Assembly (NCBI GenBank): GCA_011109175.1
Contig: RDEW01000011.1
Location: forward strand, 1,172,877-1,234,682
Direction: 5' to 3'
From: Dicyema japonicum
Taxonomy: Eukaryota; Animalia; Dicyemida
DNA length: 61,806 bases
Shown: positions 16,361 to 29,661 of the stretch, in pieces
How the letters are laid out: each line of letters begins with the position of its first letter
Numbering within the stretch: position 1 is the first letter of the stretch
Program-made: the position numbers and the translations under genes
Notes under the pieces: generated by a model
The model's input: the letters and a program-made list of their open reading frames with translations, nothing else
Databases searched by the model: none
Told to the model about the DNA's origin: nothing

Positions 16361-18078
16361 GATAAAGAAACAAAATTCCGATCAGCGACAGTCTTATAGA
16401 AGTTTTAAGTGATTCCAAGGATCCTCCGTCTCTGAACTGTATAAGAAAAGTCATAATTCATATGAAAGTTAGGTGACGACGACGGTAAAGCCGGTAGTGG
16501 GAAAAACGGAAAGGTGCTTCCTGTCAAACAATTTCTTCAGTTCATAAAGTCTTACAGATTTAAATAAATTAGGAATTATTGGGGAAGTTGATGATAAACT
16601 TGTACACCACACATCCTCACTTTGTCCGCTGTATCATTCCCAATAAAAATAAAGAACCTGGTTTTAGTTTGGCCATTATATGAGGGATTATTGACTCGCA
16701 TCTTGTTCTCCACCAATTGCAGTGTAATGGAGTTTTGGAAGAAATTAGAATTTAACTTAAAGGCTACTCTAATAGAATGACGTAGCCTGAATTCAAGCAA
16801 AGATACTCAATACTTTTCCCCAATGCAATTCCTCTGGATTTGTCGATGGAAAAGTTGTCACGGAAAAGATTTTAGCAACATTAAACCTTGAACTGAACAG
16901 CAACTAACTAGGAGTCACAAAAGTGTACTTAAAGGCAGGAATCCTGGGAACCTTAGAAGAAATAAGGGACTATAGACTTGACCGTATTATTAGAATGTTT
17001 CAAGCAGAGACAACATTTGTAGGTAATTGAGGTTTAATTTTATAAATAGGGTTTTACTCTTTTGAAGTAATTATTGGATTGATATCTTAACAACTAAGAG
17101 ATCATATAGATTACTAGCCAGCGAGTACCATAGTAATAGGAGTCAATTAAAGTAAAGGTTTATTGAATAAAATTGTCAAGTGGATGCTGACTTTGCGGGC
17201 TCTGCACTTTCGCAACAAGTGTATCTTCCACAAGTGATTATTGCATCAGAGAGGGAACAGAGAAATTGTTCTCATATATCGTGAACGAAAATATCCAAAT
17301 TTTCCTATGGAACCATATTGACTGACTACAAAGAATGTTCACTACACACCCAAAAATGTAAGAAACATGCACCGAGTGTATCAAAAATATATATATTGAG
17401 GAATGCAACACTATGTAAACTGGCTGAAGGCGGCAAGATTTTGTAGATCAAAATCAATTGTCTGGAAACTTCCAACAACGCACATTGAGCGACATCAATT
17501 TTTTTAAACGACTAACATACTCCCTGATCTTGACAAACAGATAGCCTACCTGTGTCTGAAGTGGACATAAAGATGTAGTTCAGCCAAAAATTACTAGAGA
17601 GTCCAACATAAGATTTACTTGTATTATTTCTGTTCAGTTTCAAAAATGGGCCGTGTAATGAGATGTTTGACATCTTTAAGCATATTATGTCACAGCTATA
17701 TTGGCGCAAAGTGGTGCCTTAACCAAATGTTTAAAGAAATCAAGTCACTCCCGTTTATTAAAATCGATTAAAGTTTCCAATCTTCTGCAATGAATGTTCC
17801 TAGGTTGATATGGAAATTTTCGAAGACAGCAAGTACGAGTTATTATAATTTGTAAAAACATGAAGCCACAAGTCGAGAAGTTCCGGTGTTTCTTCCTTTG
17901 GCCTTCTTCATCTTTGCCAAAACCGTTTATATGATTATTCGCTGAGATTTGATAAATCTGTTTTTATATTTTTTATGTTAAATTTAGAAATTAATAACGC
18001 CAAAAGTAGCATATAATAACAAATGACGAGGAAATCTCATTGATTGAAGAGTAAGGCAGAGAAGCCATTTGATTATCA

Positions 18079-18620
18079 ATGAAGAAACTCAAAAGGACGA
18101 AACCAATTTATTTTCCAACAAAATTTCATGTAAAACCAAATTTGAATTTAGGATACAAAAATATACTATTATGTACCCTCACAAGAAAAGGCAAAGAAAC
18201 CCAAATATAAAATAAGTAAATTATTGTTAATTTGTAGGCAGTAATTTGGAGGACTCTGTGACTTATTTAATGCAAAACTACAAAATTGAGGAATTAAGAT
18301 ATGAATTAATGTGCAAGAGTTTGTATCCTGTTGGACAGAAAATAGACTTGGCCATCAGACTTGCCAAATATAACCAGGAAGTTAATAAATTGTACGCATC
18401 AAACTGCAGTTTTGGTTTGCTTCCTTATCCACACGACCAATCACAGTTCACCTATCATGAAAGTGCATTTCACTACAGTAATGAATACTACAACCACCAA
18501 CAACACGTGGACCACAATATACAGAGCCTACAAACAAATTGGTGGGGAAACTGTGACTTGCCCATAAATGATCACTTTGTGGACACTGATCTCAATTTAA
18601 TGTTTGATAATACACAATGA
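18079..18620 (+). CDS. Small (~165 aa) SAP-domain protein, possibly a minimal myocardin/MRTF-like factor
   Basis: Two 22-nt GT-AG introns (18130-18151, 18216-18237) give an open frame; SAP pattern YKIEELRYELMCKSLYPVGQKIDLAIRL. Confidence 0.75.
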
Positions 18621-18719
18621 GTTTATTTAATGATTTTCCATATTTTCATTTCTATCTTCTTATCACTTATATTAAGGCTATTTTTGATTTTATAAATTCA
18701 AATTTTTGATAACTTTTAA

Positions 18720-19090
18720 TTTATTATTATTAAGCACTTCGCGATGACATGGGTCATGACAAAGTTTGTGCATTTTTGGAACGAGTTTAGATTGTGATTG
18801 TCCGTGTCAGAAAGTCCCCATGTTCCGGCATTGTAGAAGAGAATAGGTTTTACCGGTGAATTGTATAAACGTATCCGTGTTTGTGTACACAATCCTTATG
18901 CTTTAGCCAGTTTTCATTTAGGTGGCGTAGTGCACTGTTTGCATGTGTTTTTCGCATAATTACGTCTTGTTCATCTCCCACAACGATCCTAGTTTCTTTA
19001 CTTATCTCCAATGTTCATCCAGCTTGGATTTTAGTCTGACTAGCTCAGTCAATTCTGTTTTCTCCAAATTTACATTGAGGAACCACTCGG
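18720..19090 (-). mobile_element. RTE LINE relic
   Basis: IRLYNSPVKPILFYNAGTWG, similar to 15.8-16.3 kb; TAA tail. Confidence 0.75.
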
Positions 19091-19539
19091 CAAATTTTAA
19101 TTTATCTCAAATTTATTTTTTAAAAAGTATTTAAATATAAAATATAGAATAGTTCAATACAAAATGTTTTAAAAAATGATACACATGTTAAATTGTGATT
19201 TTCTTAGACAAATTGTCTAATAAAAAACTTTTTGAAGTTTAAGTGTGTCAAATATGTCGCATATCACACACACTTGTGAGTCAATAGGAAATTCGTCATT
19301 AAATTTTTTAATATCAGTCTTAACCTTTTCAACAACCTTCTTTATTGTTAGTGGTATAACGATTGAGGACGTTATGCGTACGCCATGAGGTTCTCCGTGT
19401 CTAGAAGGGTAATTGTGGACTCATTTTCACAGGAAAAAAGTACCATGTACAAATACCGATGCAAAATGACTTCCCCTCTTGGGCGGCTCCCCTTTTGACC
19501 CCTCTTGAAATAACTCGAAATTCTCCTAATGACCTCCTG

Positions 19540-20060
19540 GGACATTAATCCCAACCCGGGTCCTTTGAAAACATCGAAAATTCAACTAAAATCAACTGTG
19601 TGAAGGGGAAGGTGTTGGAATTCCGAAATATTTTAAGAAATACGATTGGAATTTCGAAATATCCTCAGACAAGAAACCAAACTTTCTTCTTCATCACTCA
19701 CCCCTATCTTCCCAGGATACAACGTCATCCGACGAGTCTGACCAACTGGCTGTGGAGGGGGTGTCATCACTCATCAAAAAATTCGACAATCTCAAACCAA
19801 CTGTTGAATTCATCCTCCAAGGTACTAACATGGACGGGCAAGTTATTGTTGTATAGTTGTTAACAACAATACCAGAACACCTTACTTATCCAACCACAGG
19901 TCCTTACTTCTCCACCTCTCTTCGGAAGCCTGTAATGAAGTATTGGAAGATGGATCGACACAAACAGATTTTCTTCCTTTGGTTCCTTTCTAGGATTAAT
20001 TAGTTATGACTGTTTGTGCTGGACTTATTATTGTACGCCTGGGGTTAATAATAATAACGA
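19540..20060 (+). mobile_element. APE-LINE relic (endonuclease-like piece plus 3' tail)
   Basis: QETKL...P.G motif similar to 31.2 kb; GGTTAATAATAATAA tail. Confidence 0.5.
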
Positions 20061-20474
20061 CAGGTCCTCCTTCACAGATCTTACACTTGCCTCACTGAAC
20101 ATCTCACTCGCCAGTTGGTCGGTCATTACGGCATGAATATTAATCACAACGAAATACTCATTATAATGACAGAAGAAGCGGTCATTATAAGGACATCTAC
20201 ACGGATTACAAGAATATAAAGTGGAGAAAGTCAGCCGATTACGTCGATCACTTCTTATACTGATTAAATACCGAAAATTTCCTGACCCTCGACAATGCCG
20301 GCAATTATCCAACAAAGTAGTCCTTTAGGGCATGATAAAATGTATAAAAGAAAATACTCATCCATGAAGAAGAAAGAGACAAACAGACAATTAAGGAAAA
20401 AAACCATTTCTCAAGAAACCAATCCCTGGAAAATCTGATCGCATCTAACTCCAAGAGAAAAGTGATATATATAA

Positions 20475-20800
20475 TAATTAAACACTATCGCGTCGCCATA
20501 AGCACGTAAGATGCATAGGGTTTCGCTCATGCAGAACACACACTTTATTTAAGTAAAAAACAATTATTATAACTAATCGTAGAAGGAGAACCAAGGGATG
20601 CTCTTCACTTCTTTGTTTTTTTTCTTGTGTGTATGTCCTTTTGACTATTCAGTTCCGCAGTGAATCTACACTGATGACGGCGTCACCGTCAAGCCCTTTC
20701 CGCATCGTAGATGCGTGGAACCTTCTACCAGGTGAACAGCGAGAATCGAACCCGTGACCTAAGCCACTTTAGCCCGACACCTAACCATTAAGCCACCCGG
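20475..20800 (-). mobile_element. tRNA-derived SINE, apparently full-length copy 3
   Basis: A box TGGCTTAATGG, B box GGTTCGATTC; closely matches 1-258; AT-rich tail. Confidence 0.8.
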
Positions 20801-21244
20801 AAAAGAGGATAGAGTAGAATAAACTCAGGAACACCTTATCCAAAGAGAAAAACTTCTCGAGAATGTGGCAAACTCTCCGACGTTTTTCCAATCTCGACAA
20901 GACTTCCTCCAGCGATAGACAAGACACAGCTGGACAGGATCATGAAATACTACGCTTCCGTCAACTTCATCCCTCACTCGATACTCAAGGGTCCAACATT
21001 CTCATCTATCACACTCAAGAGGGAGTATTTAAAAATTACCCTCTCCTTGAAATCATTTTTACGGATATACAGAAATTTAATAATCCATAAACATATTTTT
21101 GACTGGGACCTCCAAAACTTAAGAATGGGAAAGGATCTGGATCCGCGAGCTAGCGAAAGACAGGGGCAAGTAAAGGAAGATAGTTGGATCTCCGCGTGAC
21201 ACCATGTAGTGCTACATGGCTAATTGTCTTTTCCTCCTCTTTCC

Positions 21245-21690
21245 CTATGGTCGTCTTTAATCTATACCTATAAGGTCGAAGCTAAACGTTCAGTATAGTC
21301 GTCCCCAGTTTACCTCTATGGTCCAAGTCAAACNCGTGACACCATGTGGTGCTACATGGCTAATTGTCTTTTCCTCCTCTTTCCCTATGGTCGTCTTTAA
21401 TCTATACCTATAAGGTCGAAGCTAAACGTTCAGTATAGTCGTCCCCAGTTTACCTCTATGGTCCAAGTCAAACGGTCAGTATGGTCGTCTTAAGTATACC
21501 TAAATGGTCGAAGCTAAATGTTCAGTATAGTCGTCAATTTACTTCTATGGTCCAAGTCAAACGGTCAGTATGGTCGTCTTAAGTATACCTCTATGGTCCA
21601 AGTCAAATGGTCAGTATGGTCGTCCTCAGTCTACCTATATGGTCCAAGTTAAACTGTCCGCATAGTAGTTCTCAGTATACCTCTATATTC
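21245..21690. repeat. 46-bp minisatellite with two alternating unit types
   Basis: Units CTATGGTCCAAGTCAAACGGTCAGTATGGTCGTCTTAAGTATACCT and ATAAGGTCGAAGCTAAACGTTCAGTATAGTCGTCCCCAGTTTACCT; part of the array is inflated by the N join at 21334. Confidence 0.85.
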
Positions 21691-21818
21691 ATGGTTTGCA
21701 TAAGTGACTGCCATTATAAAACAATGAAAAGCAAATTCAGTCTGAAAATCCTCTCGAATACTTTTTCAAGTGTAAAATATTTAGTTAGAGAGAATATTAA
21801 ATCAAAGTTAGAATTAGT

Positions 21819-24384
21819 TCATTCTGGAATACTCGAGGGTAATTTTGGAATTCGAGGGGGTGTGTCTGGGATTACAATATTAGAGTATTCCAAAAGCCTA
21901 ACAGTGATCTCCATGTCCGTCAGCAATTTCAAATCCTCTTTGTATGAGTCACTCTCCATCTAATCAGTAATATTACACAATGACATTTTTGTTCAGAAGA
22001 ATGTTAATCCCATCCACCCACAGATCATGTTCTTTTTTAGATGAGGCGATGAGAGAGATCTCCCCCTCCTCCTCGTCCGCAATAAGTGTCATGTACAAAT
22101 GAGCGTTGGAAGGGATCTAACATTAAAATTTGATTACTTTTTTGTTATTTTCATTGGCAAAACAGTCCTTCCCGACAATTATGACTTTGAGATTGGAAAT
22201 GTAAACAAAATAATCAAATAATATACTTTTGTCAGTTAAATTTTCATATGATACATCAGTGATGTTACTGCTGGAGTAATGCAGTATTTTCTTGTTTTTA
22301 GAAAGCCGAATAAATATATTTTTATCTGAAATAAACTCAGAAAATGCCCTTTAGTCTGGATTTCGAGTATCTCGAGAACAAAGTTCCCTTTGTCAAGTGA
22401 GCAATCCTATTATATTTTATTAAATTTGTTATTTGAGGAATCAGAATCGTCTTTAGTTCTCTTAGAATGTAAGGTAAGGCATACTTTACAGGTTTGGCTT
22501 GACTTTGGGTTTCAGACAGGGCATATTCATGGGCAGTCCATATTTTTGCAATATCAGAGTATTTTAGTCCGTTTATTTGTCTCTTAATGGCGTCGAACGT
22601 GTACACATTGTCACATGCTCTTATAAGCTGTTCCTTCATTACAGCCATCACGTTGTGCATCTCCGTGTAAGTTGCCTTCATGTCTCTCCAGTCATAAAGA
22701 AACACCGGAAGACAGATATTAAAAAAGGAATAAAATGAAAATTCATTGAATTTGATTGCCAAAAATGTTTTCCTTGATTTGTCTATATTTATACCACGTG
22801 TAACCCTGTTTGTTGAAATTTAAATATTCCAGTAAAATGTTTACTAGGCTTTTGACTATACTTGTGAACGAATTTCCTTCATTTTTTTGTGAGTAATCCA
22901 AAATAAACTAAATATTCAGTGAATCAGACTTTGAGCAAATTAATTGGCTGAATTAGGGAGTATCTGACTAGGCATTCCAATGCAAGAGCCCCGGGAGGAG
23001 ATTCCTTAAATACAGTCATGTCTAGGTTGTCTTTCTAGAATCTGAACACGTGGAAATACCAGATTTATGGTACTGAAGGTATTTTTGGATTGATTCGACA
23101 AAGCTTCATTAATACTGGACTTGATGGTCTCAAAGCACGTGTTTAAAGTCTGGTGGATAATATGCAAGTAAACATTGTTGTCGACGGTAATGTCAGCCAA
23201 TTCTAATTCTGACTCAAAATAAAAGTTTTGGATAGAAATGATGAGATCCAATATTTCATCTGAGAAATTCATATTTTCCGTTATTAGAATCTACGTGAAA
23301 ATAAATACGACCAGACTGCGGACAATGCTTTCCTTTGTGGGTTCAGTGACTTCCTAAAATAACTGTGATTTATACTTTTCTGAATTCTGGACAGCTTTTG
23401 GTCATAACTGTGTTTGTTAGTTTGAGAACACAAAGCAGAATTTCCTCCAAACTATAAAAAGCAGAGTTTTTGTCCCCAATTCCAAGTTTGGCGCATCTTT
23501 AAAAGTTACTAGTGAATTACACTGTTGAACTATGGAGAAGGAATTGCATAACAAGTCAACACAGTTAGCATCGGGAATTCGTTGAGGACTGGCAAATTAG
23601 GGATAATTATACTAGTTACTGAATATTATTTCTAGTATTTCTATCGTCCAACGTAGTAGTGATAGATTTGTCAGACACATACGAGATTTCACGGTGGAAG
23701 CGATCTGTTAGTGATTAAAGATGTACCTTAATCAAACACTCTTTGTCAATGATTTTATGTTGAGTATGGTCAACGTCTATGATGTCGTACATGATTCTTA
23801 AACAGAACTGATAGTCTTCAGACAATCTGAAATTAAATTATTTTTACGATTCAGTATCGTTGAAAATTGAAATAACTCTAGAAAATCCGTTTATTTCGAC
23901 AAAGTGTTTTATTGAGTCCACGTTTACCAAAAACTGGGTGATTTCCTCAAGAGCTTTAGTTTTTTGGGATTTTTCGCTCTTTTTCAGTGTTTCCAACGTT
24001 TGGGTAATCCTATCTTCCTACCAATAAGCAACTATGCAACCATTTTGGTTTCAAAGTAGAGAATTTGTCGGTTTTGGACAATATGTTTATTCTACGAATT
24101 TATATATGATAGTTTCACGTGCATTAATTAGGAACTAACCTTTTCTGTGAGGACAGTAATTTTGTTTTGTTTGTCCTTAATCAATAGTTGATAAATGCTG
24201 TAATCCCTGATATTCCAACTATAATATCTCACATAATCAACCATTCAGCTACTTCTGATATAAGGCTTTTTATTGATTTATTCTGTAAATCTCATTAAAA
24301 TTGGCATACATCATTTATTACTATGAATAATGTCGGTTGGTCGGGACAATGAATTTCCAACTTTTTAATCTGACAATCTGCCAT
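21819..24384 (-). CDS. ELMO: Engulfment and cell motility protein (ELMO/CED-12); about 19 short introns
   Basis: N-terminal VLTEK|NK; FKESPPGALAL; WRDMKAT; PH segment IRLSKNKKILHY, VGKDC, WVDGINILL; proline-rich tail IPDTPPRIPKLP. Confidence 0.93.
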
Positions 24385-25447
24385 TAATCCCTCCTAATAT
24401 TTTATTTTTTTTATTTTTTGTTTTTTTTAATTTATATATTAAATAAATAAAAATAAATTCCATTTTCCTGTTGGAATTGAATATTAAAATTTCACATAAA
24501 GTGAATGTATGCTTTCCAGTCACCACGTGGATATACATTCGTATCTCCACAGTATGACAATCGTCCTCTCCACTATTCCCATTGACCACCAGAAGACTGG
24601 TACTCTTCTCTTGTTCGGGTCCATCTTCAAGTTCTCTTGGTCGTACCGTCCTTGTTAGCCACTATTTCCTTTCCTCGAGAGGATGGGGGTAAATAAAAAA
24701 TATGCTCTCCGTCACCAAACAAGAGCATGAAAATTATCAATGCAATCATTCTAAATGATTTTCATTTATAGTTTAGACCACATTGGTCTTATTAAAGTTC
24801 CACCGTTCGAACATGTTCAACAAAACCATCTTCCTGGTCATGAGAAACATGAAAACCCGAGATGGCAACAATTTGTTAGTCGCATCAATAAGAAAAGCTC
24901 CTATTTCTGGAGAACGCAAAAACGAATCAAATTGGAGGATGCAGCACACAAATCTTCAAATTGGCAGTAAGCTACGATACCATACAAAAAAGTTGGATGA
25001 ATTTACTCATTACATTTTGTTAACTTACATCCTGTTAAAGTAATCTTGACGATTATCCCTTCTCTTCCGCAGTCTGAATTCCAACATAGTTTTTGTTACT
25101 TAAAATCAAAAATTGTGGGTTTAATGAGGCCCACCTGTAAGCAGTGATAGTTTTTTGCATCAAACATTTATCCAAACTTACGTTTCTGTTCACCAAAATT
25201 TTCAGTACGACGTTTAAAGGTTTGCAGCACCCATATCAGATCAAGATCAGATTATTACCAAACTGAGTACCTCATGAATTCGCAATGGCGCCAAAATCAA
25301 CATGAGCACTATCACTTTGGATTGGAGATGTTAAGAAGAACCTAGAATCTTCATTGGCCCCGTGCGAGTGCGAGTACCCACACCAAGTTATCTATTTGGT
25401 CAACTATCCGCAAAGTGGGGAGTGCAAATTTCTATAACAATCTAAGG

Positions 25448-26541
25448 CAGGGGTTCTCAACCTGGGGTCGATTCGACCCCCAGGGGTCTAAAATCAATCC
25501 AGATCGATCGTAAGGGGGTCGAAAATGAAATATTTGGGGGTCGAAAATATATTTAATCTTTTTCAATTTAAATTAAGTTAGTTTATTTTTAAAGTGGTAA
25601 ACCTTTGTTCTTTAAAATTTTTAAAATTACCATGCTTGTTTTTGTTCTGTATGAGTCTTTTTTCTACATTAAAAATTCGTCAATATAAAAATGAATATTT
25701 GTCATTTGGATTTATAAAAAAATTATTTTGATAATAGACCATATTATTTACTGTGTAATAAGTCATTATCAAATGATGCAATTAAACTGTCCAAATTGTT
25801 GGATCATCTTAGGAGAAAACATTCNNNNNNNNNNNNNNNNNNNNNNNNNNNNNNNNNNNNNNNNNNNNNNNNNNNNNNNNNNNTTCGATTCCAAGATATT
25901 CTTGAATTAGAAATTCCATCTTGGATGATTAATCCGTTTTTGTCAAAGCCAGAAGAACATAAAGAAGTTATTAAATAGGAATTAGTTATGTTAAAATTCA
26001 ATCCAGAATTAAAACTATATTATAATGATTCACAATCACCTTTTATTTTTTGGCAAAATATGAAAGTGAGAGTTATCCAAAATTGTGGACAGAAATAGCA
26101 CAATTGCTACTCTATTTTCCGACATTATACTGTGTTGAATGCGGATTTAGCATTCTACATCGAATTGTAAATAAAGAACGAAACGGATAGGAAGTGTCCA
26201 TTAGAGGAGATCTTTGTTTTAAAATCACACAAATAGAGCCAGATATCGAATCTTTGGTCAAAAAACATCAGTCACAGGGATCCCATTGGTATTTAATTTT
26301 TTTATTATAGATTTATACTAAGATACCAACTTAACATCGAGTATATACTTTTTTTGTTTTATTTGATTATTAACAATGAATTCATTTTAGATAATTAACT
26401 AATTTTACTTAGAATTATCTGTTCAATTAACTAATTTTACTTTGAATTATCTGTTGAATTAACTAATTTTACTTAAAATTATCTGTTCAAAATAAAAAAA
26501 GTTTAAGGGGTCGACGAGTAAAAAAAGATTGAGTACCCCTG
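25448..26541 (+). mobile_element. Internally deleted hAT/Buster DNA transposon with both TIRs and 8-bp TSD
   Basis: TIRs CAGGGGTTCTCAACCT / CAGGGGTACTCAATCT; TSD ATCTAAGG at 25440-25447 and 26542-26549; decayed dimerisation domain FPTLYCVECGFS...IEPDIESLVKKHQSQGSH. Confidence 0.95.
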
Positions 26542-27193
26542 ATCTAAGGTATGACGTGAATGTGTATCTGGATTTTACCGTATTTATGAATAACCAGAAT
26601 CCTGTTTCCCCTAAGAATAGTCGGTCCCCCAAAATCAAATCGATTACAAGCACGAGAGAAAGCGCATCCAGGAAAGGATGACAAAATATAAGGCGTAAGA
26701 TGGGATCACCTAACTGTTTGACTATATTTTGTTTTTCCTTCTCAGTTAATTCGGAGTTTAGAAATGACTCTGAGTTTAACCCGACTTCTAGCAGCTCAAT
26801 ACTCTAAAAGCAGTTATTTGGTCTGATAGTAGTAGTCTCATTATCACAATTAGCTAATCTATATTCTCAGAGACTTCGAGACGAATCGACTAGTCGCGCA
26901 GGAGTTTGGACAAATCAGTTTTCTGGTAATATCCTTTACTCTTATCAAACTCAATTCTATAGAGATGCTCATGTTCTCCTGAGTCTTTTCAATGGTTAAA
27001 GATTGTATATATGCAAATGTCCTTTACCTATATTCTGACAAGTGTAGAGTCACTAATAAATATGGATTTACATGACATCCACGTTGCAATAATACAATAA
27101 TAATAATCTATTAAGGCTCTACATATGTATTACAGCACTGTATCGAGAAATGAGACATCAAAAGTACGTTGAATCACCTTTTCAGAAAACGTT

Positions 27194-28098
27194 NNNNNNN
27201 NNNNNNNNNNNNNNNNNNNNNNNNNNNNNNNNNNNNNNNNNNNNNNNNNNNNNNNNNNNNNNNNNNNNNNNNNNNNNNNNNNNNNNNNNNNNNNNNNNNN
27301 NNNNNNNNNNNNNNNNNNNNNNNNNNNNNNNNNNNNNNNNNNNNNNNNNNNNNNNNNNNNNNNNNNNNNNNNNNNNNNNNNNNNNNNNNNNNNNNNNNNN
27401 NNNNNNNNNNNNNNNNNNNNNNNNNNNNNNNNNNNNNNNNNNNNNNNNNNNNNNNNNNNNNNNNNNNNNNNNNNNNNNNNNNNNNNNNNNNNNNNNNNNN
27501 NNNNNNNNNNNNNNNNNNNNNNNNNNNNNNNNNNNNNNNNNNNNNNNNNNNNNNNNNNNNNNNNNNNNNNNNNNNNNNNNNNNNNNNNNNNNNNNNNNNN
27601 NNNNNNNNNNNNNNNNNNNNNNNNNNNNNNNNNNNNNNNNNNNNNNNNNNNNNNNNNNNNNNNNNNNNNNNNNNNNNNNNNNNNNNNNNNNNNNNNNNNN
27701 NNNNNNNNNNNNNNNNNNNNNNNNNNNNNNNNNNNNNNNNNNNNNNNNNNNNNNNNNNNNNNNNNNNNNNNNNNNNNNNNNNNNNNNNNNNNNNNNNNNN
27801 NNNNNNNNNNNNNNNNNNNNNNNNNNNNNNNNNNNNNNNNNNNNNNNNNNNNNNNNNNNNNNNNNNNNNNNNNNNNNNNNNNNNNNNNNNNNNNNNNNNN
27901 NNNNNNNNNNNNNNNNNNNNNNNNNNNNNNNNNNNNNNNNNNNNNNNNNNNNNNNNNNNNNNNNNNNNNNNNNNNNNNNNNNNNNNNNNNNNNNNNNNNN
28001 NNNNNNNNNNNNNNNNNNNNNNNNNNNNNNNNNNNNNNNNNNNNNNNNNNNNNNNNNNNNNNNNNNNNNNNNNNNNNNNNNNNNNNNNNNNNNNNNNN
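27194..28098. other. Assembly gap
   Basis: Run of N. Confidence 0.99.
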
Positions 28099-28575
28099 AT
28101 AATTATAGATTAAATGATTCTATGTTGTTGCTCATGTTCGTTATAAATAGCTTATAGTAAATTAATTGCTTCATGGCGCCTTATACTTCCCTCTGATATT
28201 GTCATTGGATCCACATTACTAAGGACACGCCCAATGTCTGGCTGCCATTTGAAAGGATCCAATTACTCATTTCATCTGGAAACAATTTGTTTCCTGGAGA
28301 CGAGTTTTGGAATCTATCTCACCTCTCCTTAAAAGGTCCGTTGAATCACTGTTCTTGGGCGAAGGTTCACTTGGAACGCGTCAGGATCAAGGAATTAGTT
28401 AGTTTGGTCTTACTCTTGGTCTTTGGAAATTTTATTTTCATTTATTGTGATCCGATTAATAACCACTACTTAGTTCAACCATTAAATCTGATTAATTGTG
28501 TGAGCATTACCAAAATTATCAATTACGGTTAACCGATCATAAATAGTATTTAAGCACCAAAAATTATCAAAAGAG

Positions 28576-29346
28576 ATGATAGAATTATTATTATTTCTCA
28601 CAATTAAGGTAGGTTTTAAAATTAATAAAAGTCTTATACGCCTTTTAATGAGGCAGAAAAAAAAGAATTGGTGGATGCTCATAATCATTTTCGATCTATA
28701 GTTGATCCCCCTGCCACAAATATGAGGAGACTGGTTGTCAAGTGAAATTATTAAGATTTGGAGTGATGAAATGGAACAATTGGCTGTGATATCTAGCAAA
28801 AAGTGCATATTTGAGCATTTCAATGAGGGAGAGAATATTCATCTTACAACAAATAGTAATCTGTAGCATAATTATAGGCAAACATAACCTCACACAGGTT
28901 GTCAATTCATGGGACATGGAAAAGCAGTACTACACATATGAAAATAAACATTGTAGCAACGTTTGTGGTCATTATACTCAGGTATCACTTTTATAATATA
29001 CAGGTGGCTTGGGCAACAACTTATGAAGTTGGGTGTGCGAGAAATTACTGTAAAAAGTTGGTTGTTAACCCGAAAAAGATAGTATCAGGGTATTTAATAT
29101 ACTGCAATTATAATCCATCGTATTTTGGTTTATTCATTTCAGAGGGAACTATGTTGGACAATCTCCATATAAAACAGGGGAAACGTGCTCTAAATGTCCT
29201 ACTAATTACACATATTGTCTGAATAACCTGTGTACTGGTTGATATTATTTATATACTTAGATGTTAATTTGCACAAAAAAAGTTCAATTCAAAAATACTC
29301 TCTCATCTCATTAGCTACAATTAGTGTTATCATTACACTTATTTAG
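28576..29346 (+). CDS. CAP/SCP superfamily protein, GLIPR1-like, hydrophobic C-terminus; 6 introns of 22-23 nt
   Basis: AHNHFRS, GENI, CGHYTQ|VAWATTYEVGCA, CNYNPS|GNY, CSKCP...CLNNLC. Confidence 0.93.
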
Positions 29347-29661
29347 TTGTTTATGGACTATTCATTTCCTATTTCATTAATTACTAATTTATTTTGTCTC
29401 ATTAGGGGGGTGAATAAAAACGATTGGTAGGTCAATTCAAAAATACTCTCTCATCTCATTAGCTACAATTAGTGTTATCATTACACTTATTTAGTTGTTT
29501 ATGGACTATTCACTTCCTATTTCATTAATTACTAATTTATTTTGTCTCATTAGGGGGGTGAATAAAAACGATTGGTAGGAAAACTTTCCAAAATCAGTTG
29601 CATCACAATGACTTGGTGTTTAAATTTTATTTAAATAACATAATAATAACGAGTAAATCAA

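Noticed and set aside
20660-20700. CTGATGA plus hairpin in the SINE body, suggestive of a hammerhead ribozyme
   Set aside because: No GAAA after the stem and no closing stem III or cleavage triplet.
21245-21690. CRISPR-like periodicity
   Set aside because: No unique spacers, no cas genes, eukaryotic context; it is a minisatellite.
21607-21963. 118-aa plus-strand ORF
   Set aside because: Antisense shadow of the last ELMO exon plus minisatellite sequence.
23452-23474. Apparent GA-AG intron in ELMO
   Set aside because: A canonical 26-nt GT-AG intron just upstream keeps the frame open without it.
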